Assembly (NCBI RefSeq): GCF_036321535.1
Contig: NC_087452.1
Span: 868,001-932,000, forward strand
Direction of reading: 5' to 3'
DNA: 64,000 nt
DNA from: Camelus dromedarius
Lineage: Eukaryota
In this document: piece after piece, positions 58,326 to 64,000 of the stretch
How the letters are laid out: the number at the start of each line of letters is the position of its first letter
Numbering within the stretch: position 1 is the stretch's first letter
Translations under genes and position numbers: made by a program
The notes under the pieces: model-generated
Told to the model about the DNA's origin: nothing
Database searches by the model: none
What the model saw: the letters and a program-made list of their open reading frames with translations, nothing else

Positions 58326-60568
58326 TCTCATTCCAACAGTGTCACGTGGACCTCATGAGGCCTTGAGTCAGACTGCAGGAGACTCACACGGTCCCGCCTG
58401 TTTTACAGGGAGACCCTGTCTGGCCACAGGGAATTGTACTGAGTGGGGGGCCGGGTGTAGCCTCGAGACGGCAGTGGTCTGGACCGGGGGGATGGGGGCA
58501 GTGAACATACTTTGTCTTGTGAATCTCACGCTGAGTAGGAAGTGGTGGGAGCCGAGAAGAAACCAGGGGTGATAACCAGGCTCTGGCTGGAGATCCAGGT
58601 TGAGGTTAGAGGAGAAGCCGGAGCTTCATCTTAGACTTGTTGCCAGGAAGTGCCTGGTGGGCAGACGCACACCCAGGTAGAAATGGGGACTCTGCAGGCA
58701 GGACGAGTCAGGACTTCAGAGTAGAGTTCTGGGCACGAGCCGTGATCGTCCGACAGCAGCCCCGGGGGGCTGGGGTAATCGCCCGCAGAGCGCAGAAAGC
58801 AGTGGTCACCGCAGGAAGCGTGAACACCCATCGTTCAACCAGCAGAGGGTACTTAGGGGTGGGCACATGCTGGGTGAAAAACTAGGGGAGGATGTTCCTG
58901 GGAGCCAGGAGAAGGAAAGCTGTCTGGAAGGTCAAGGTCACTTGGGGCCAAGGTAGCTGAAGGCTCAGGTGTGGTGACAAACCTGTCTGCCGTGTCATGT
59001 TTCACCAAATGTAAGATGCCATCTGTTGTAAGAAGCTGTTATTTTAGGTGCTGCTGAGACAGAAATGCTGACGTTTAGAATGACTAGATGCCATCAGCTG
59101 TAAAACATCCCAGTTCAGAGATGCCATTTTAAATGTGTGTCTTAAGTTGAAATGTGGTGTTTGTGGTAACATGGAGGTTGATGGTGACCTTGGTGAGCGT
59201 TTTCAACGCCGGGTGAGTAGAACTTGGAGTAAGGAGGTAGAAGTTGTCTGTGTGAAAACTTGAGAAGTCTGGTTCTGAAGGGGAGCAGTGAGATGGGACA
59301 GCTGGCAAAGTACACAGACTCCCGGGAAGGCTTTTCCCTCAGTGAATTTTAGGATTGAGCAATTAAAGTTCTTCTCCATTCAGTATGAGTTCATTAGTGG
59401 AGTAATCTGAAAGATGATTGTGAGTGGAAAATAAGGTGCCAGAAGACGTGGTATCACACAGGTGGAATGTGTAAGTTCACTGCTACTACTTACTGTTTAC
59501 ATGTGTGCATGTTAAAGACAACAGAGAACGTGCTCGGGGACCTTGTGTTACTGTAAATAATGGGTTTATTGGGTTCAGTTAAATAGCATATGATTTAAAA
59601 TGTGCAATTCAATGGTTTTAGCACATTCAGAGTTGTGCAGCCGTCATCACAATCAATTTTAGGACATAGTTATCACCTCCCCCCAAACCCATGCCCATTA
59701 ACATGGCCGCCCTTCCCTCTCCTGCCCCAGCCCTGCCCCATCCCTGGCAACCGCAGATGTGCTTCTGCCTCCAGAGGTTTGCCTGTTCTGGACATTTCAT
59801 ATACATGGAGTCATACGATATATGGTGTTTTGTGAGGGGCCTCCTTCACTTAGCACAATGCTTTTCAGGGTTCATTCACGTTGTAGCATATGGCAGTACT
59901 TTGTTTTAATCACTGAGTAACGTTCCATTTTATGGATGTGTGACATCTTATCCACTCATCAGTTGATGAGCCTTTAGGCTCTTTCCAGCTTTTGACTATT
60001 GTGAAGAATGCTGCTCTGAATGTTCCTGTAACAGGTTTTTACGTGGACACGTGTTTTCTGCTCTCTTGGCTGTGACCTCGGAGTGGGACACTGGGTCGCG
60101 TGGTGACTGCGTCGAACCTGTGGAGGAACCACCAGGCTGTCTCCCAAAGCAGCTGCACCATCCTGCATTCCCATCACCAGTGCCTGAGGGTTCTGACTAC
60201 ATCCTGTAGAAAATGCCTTTTTGATTTTAACCATCTTGAGAGTGCCTGTGAAGTGGTTTCTCTTCCTGATTTTGATTTGCATTTCCCTGATGGCTAATGA
60301 GGCGAAATGTCTTTTCATGTGCTTGTTGGCCATTTGTGTATCTTTTTTGCAGAAATGTCTGTTTAGGCTTTTGCCCATGTTAAGCCTTTTTATTGAGTTA
60401 TGAGGTCTTTATATATTCTAGACATAAGTCCTTTATCAGATTTATGATTTCCAAATATTTTTCCCCATTTTGTGGTTTGTCTTCACTTCCTTAATGATGT
60501 CTTTTGAAGCACAAAAATTCTTCATTTTTTTGATCTCCAATTTGTAAATCTTCTACAGCTTGTGCTTT

Positions 60569-60701
60569 NNNNNNNNNNNNNNNNNNNNNNNNNNNNNNNN
60601 NNNNNNNNNNNNNNNNNNNNNNNNNNNNNNNNNNNNNNNNNNNNNNNNNNNNNNNNNNNNNNNNNNNNNNNNNNNNNNNNNNNNNNNNNNNNNNNNNNNN
60701 N
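60569..60701. other. Assembly gap (133 N)
   Basis: Run of n. Confidence 1.
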
Positions 60702-61235
60702 GTGAGGTAGGAGGTCTAACTTCTTTCTCCTACATGTGGACATCCAGTTGTCCCAGAACCATTTGTTGAAGAGGCTGTTCTTTCTTCATTGAATTGCCTT
60801 GGCATCTGACAATCATATGACCATAAATAGAAGAGTTTAGTTTTGAACTCTCAGTTTTACCAAGGATATGTTTATCTCTGTGCTGGTGCCAACTTTGTTT
60901 TTCTTTGTCAAGGTGATTTCACCTATTCAGTGGACCCCCTTGAATGTCCATGTGAATTCTGGAATCAGCTTATCAGTTTCTGCAAAGAAGCCAGCAGGAA
61001 TTTTGATGAGGATTGCACTGAATCTGTAGATCAGTTTGGGGGTTACTATTTTAACAATTTTAAGTCTTCTGATCCATGAAAATGGAATGTCCATTCACTC
61101 ATGTAGGTTTTCTTTAATGTCTTTTAACAATGTTTGTAGTTTTCAGAGTAAATTCTTTATTTTATCAGATTTATTCCTATGTATTGTATGCTGTTGATGG
61201 TATTGCAAATGAAATTTTCTTAAATCATTGCAACT

Positions 61236-61691
61236 TGTATGTTTCCTATTTTTGCTATAGCAAAGTACTACAAACTCAGTGGCTTAACATAACACATTTA
61301 TTACCTTACAGTTTTCAAGGTCAGAAGTCTGAAATGGGTCTCACTGAGCTAAAATCAGAATGTCAGCAGGGTTCTAGGTGAAAATTCACCTAATCGCCCT
61401 TTCCGGCTTCTAGAGGCACCTGTGTTCCTTGGCTCAGGGCCCCTTTCTCCACTTTCAACGCCAGAAATCACGTCTCTCTGAGCTTTGCTTCCCTCGTTGT
61501 GCCTTCTCCCTCTTTCAGCTCTAAGAACCCTTGTGAATACCTTGGGCTATCTTGGACAAGCAGGACCACCTCCCGGCACATGGCCCTAGCGTAATCACAC
61601 CTGCGTAGCCCCTTGCTCCATCTGAGGTCATGTATTCTCAGGTTTTGGAGATCAGGAGCATCTCTGGGCGGCCATGATTCTGCTTGCCACA
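61236..61691 (-). mobile_element. MLT1 (MaLR) LTR nested in L1
   Basis: tgtatgtttcctatt...caaagtactacaaactcagtggcttaa...ggtcagaagtctgaaatggg...attctgcttgccaca; TG...CA. Confidence 0.8.
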
Positions 61692-64000
61692 CAATGTATA
61701 GAAACGCATTTGCTTTGTATACATTGACCTTATGTCCTGCTACCTTGCGGGACTTATTTATCAGTTCTCATAGTTTGTTAGTGGATGAAAACTTAGGGTA
61801 TTCTATGTACAAGGTTATGTCATCTGTGAATGGGGATGGTTTACTTTTTCCTTTCCACTCTGGATGACCTTTAGTTCATTTTCTTGCCTGCTTATCTGGC
61901 TAGTACCTGCATCCAGTATTGAATAGAAGTGGCAAGAGTGGACATCCTTACTTGTCCCTGACCTTGGGGGAAGGTTTTCGGTCTTTCACCTCAAATCGAG
62001 CATGATGTTAGCAGTAGGGTTTTTGTAGATGCCCGTTATTGGGCTGAGGAAGGGTCCCTCCTATTCCTAGTTTTTAGAGTGTTTTTATCATGAAAGGGCA
62101 TTGAATTGTGTCAGATGCTTTTTCTGGATATACTGAGATGATAATACGGGGTTTGGCCTTATATTAATATGGTGTATTATATTAATTGATTTTCAGATGT
62201 TAACTTTGCATTCCTGGATAAATCTCACTTGGCTATGGTGTAAAATTCTTTTTATATGTTGCTGGATTTGGTTTGCTGATACTTTTGTAGAGCATTTTTT
62301 AAAATCTATATTCATTAGAGATACTGGTCTGTAATTTTTTTCCTTGTAATATCTGTGTCTGGTTTTGGTGTCAGGGTAACACTGGCCTCATATAATGAGT
62401 TGGGGCGTGTTGCTTGCTCCTTTGATTTTGGGAGGTTCATGAAGCATCGGGGTTTTCCTGTTACTGTTTGGTGTCACGTTTGTGCAGTTGTGTGTCTCAG
62501 TCACTTCCTTCGCGCCCCTCATGCTTGGTCAGTATATGGCCTATGTTACTGCCCACTATGTAAAGTGGCTTTAAATGGTTAGATCTGGCATCTCAGTCTA
62601 ACCGGTATGTGCTGTGTGAAATACGGATCTAACTTTATATTTTCAAATATAACTGACACAACACTGTTTATTGAGTGAATATTCTCCACTTTTTTGAAAA
62701 GCTTCCTTTATAATACATTTTCTTGGTACAGGGGTCTGTTTGTGACCTGTTTCATTGTTTATACATCTGTTCCAGATTTAATACCACACTATTTTAATTT
62801 CTGTATGTGTTTTGATCAAAATTTCCTTGGCTATTGAATATTTCATCTTTAAGATGAAATTTTAAATCAGCTTGTCAAATTCCACAAGACATTCTACTAG
62901 GGTTTTTGTTGGCATTGTATTGAATTTGTTCATTACTCTGGGAAGAACTGACATTTTTACCATACTGACTCTTCCCATCCAGTGACAAGACACATTTCCT
63001 CCCTTGTTCTGTTGTTATTTGAAACTTCAGCATTTTCTTCATTTAGGTTTCATCTGTTTGGCTTATTCCTGGCTTTCAGTAGTTGTTGTGAACGGGATCT
63101 TTTTTCTTAATATATTTTCTAGCAGGTTATTGATGATACACAAAAAGGGTATTGATTTCTGTATGCTATCTTGTATCCAGAAGTCTTGTTGCAATCTTAC
63201 TAGTTTTCAATTAGTCTGTCAGTTGATTATCTTGAATGTTTTAGGTACGCTTGCAAATAATTAGTTTTACCAAATTTTTCTCCCAGATTTTTCTCCCATT
63301 TCCTTTATCATGCCTTATTGCATTGTCTCTTACTATTTGTGGTGGTGATGATTGTCCTTCCTTTGTTCTTTACTTAAATGGGAATGCTTCTAATGTTTCT
63401 TCTTTAAGTATGATGATTGGGAGATACTGTTTATTGAATTAAGGACATTTCCTTCCCTTCTATTTCTTTGCTTCTAAAGTTTTTGTTTGCCCCTTTTTAT
63501 CGTAATTAGAGGCTAAGTTTCATTGCATGCCTTTTTGGGGGGGGGGCATCTCCTGAGATTAAAAAAAAAAGAGAACCCTCTCACCCAATGCAGAGAACTG
63601 GGTGAGTGGCTTTTTCTATTACCCTAGGGTAAGCCCTACTTAATCATGATTTATTAACTCAACTTGCTCATATTTCTTTATGAAAATTGCATCTGTGTTC
63701 GGTAAATTGGCTCAGGGTTTTTTCTATTTGTAGTATTCTTTGTTGTTTTGGTACCAGGGTTATACTAACTTCATAAAGTGAATTGGGAAGCTTTCTGACT
63801 TTGCTTTGGAAGAATTTATTTATTCAAGGTTTGACAGAATACGCTCACTCCAAAGGGGACTCAAGTCTTTTTTAAGAGTAGATTTTTACTATCTTTTTAT
63901 TTTTCCCTCATTGTTTGCTTTTCTACTTGAGTCAACTCCAGTAACTGTGTTTTCCTTAAAAGTATCCAACTAGATTTTAAATTGTAGTTTTGCTCATAAT

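Larger units (their letters stand above)
59560..64000 (-). mobile_element. Old antisense LINE-1 (3' end from about 59560, ORF2 remnants to window end), interrupted by a gap and an MLT1
   Basis: T-rich; tgatttgcatttccctgatggctaatga...; tctggttttggtgtcagggtaacactggcctcat. Confidence 0.85.

Noticed and set aside
60522-60769. ORFs spanning X runs
   Set aside because: Artefacts of the N gap

Overview
Mammalian genomic DNA, GC-rich, probably camelid (inferred from four tRNA-derived SINEs resembling the camelid Vic-1 family). It holds two complete spliced genes head-to-head. TPRA1 (minus strand; 10 coding exons, 24640-29533; 365 aa; putative non-coding exon 1 ending at 35307) and MCM2 (plus strand; 16 exons, 39175-56205; 902 aa) have separate CpG-island promoters about 3.5 kb apart. 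Both exon sets join into open frames, with one GC-AG intron in MCM2. The first 24 kb is intergenic: old L1/L2/MIR/MaLR/hAT repeats, an orphan CpG island and enhancer-like motif clusters. The last 7 kb is LTR/L1 sequence with a 133-N assembly gap. I found no new protein-coding system. The most unusual signals concern RNA processing and mutation: a decayed duplicate of the TPRA1 exon-7 acceptor carrying a stop codon inside a perfected palindrome (candidate poison exon), a GC/GT tandem donor in MCM2, an overlapping uORF and a mirtron-like intron in TPRA1, and a perfect donor 39 nt upstream of MCM2 exon 2. Comparisons with human proteins and repeat consensus sequences are from memory, not from a search; repeat boundaries are approximate unless a TSD is given.
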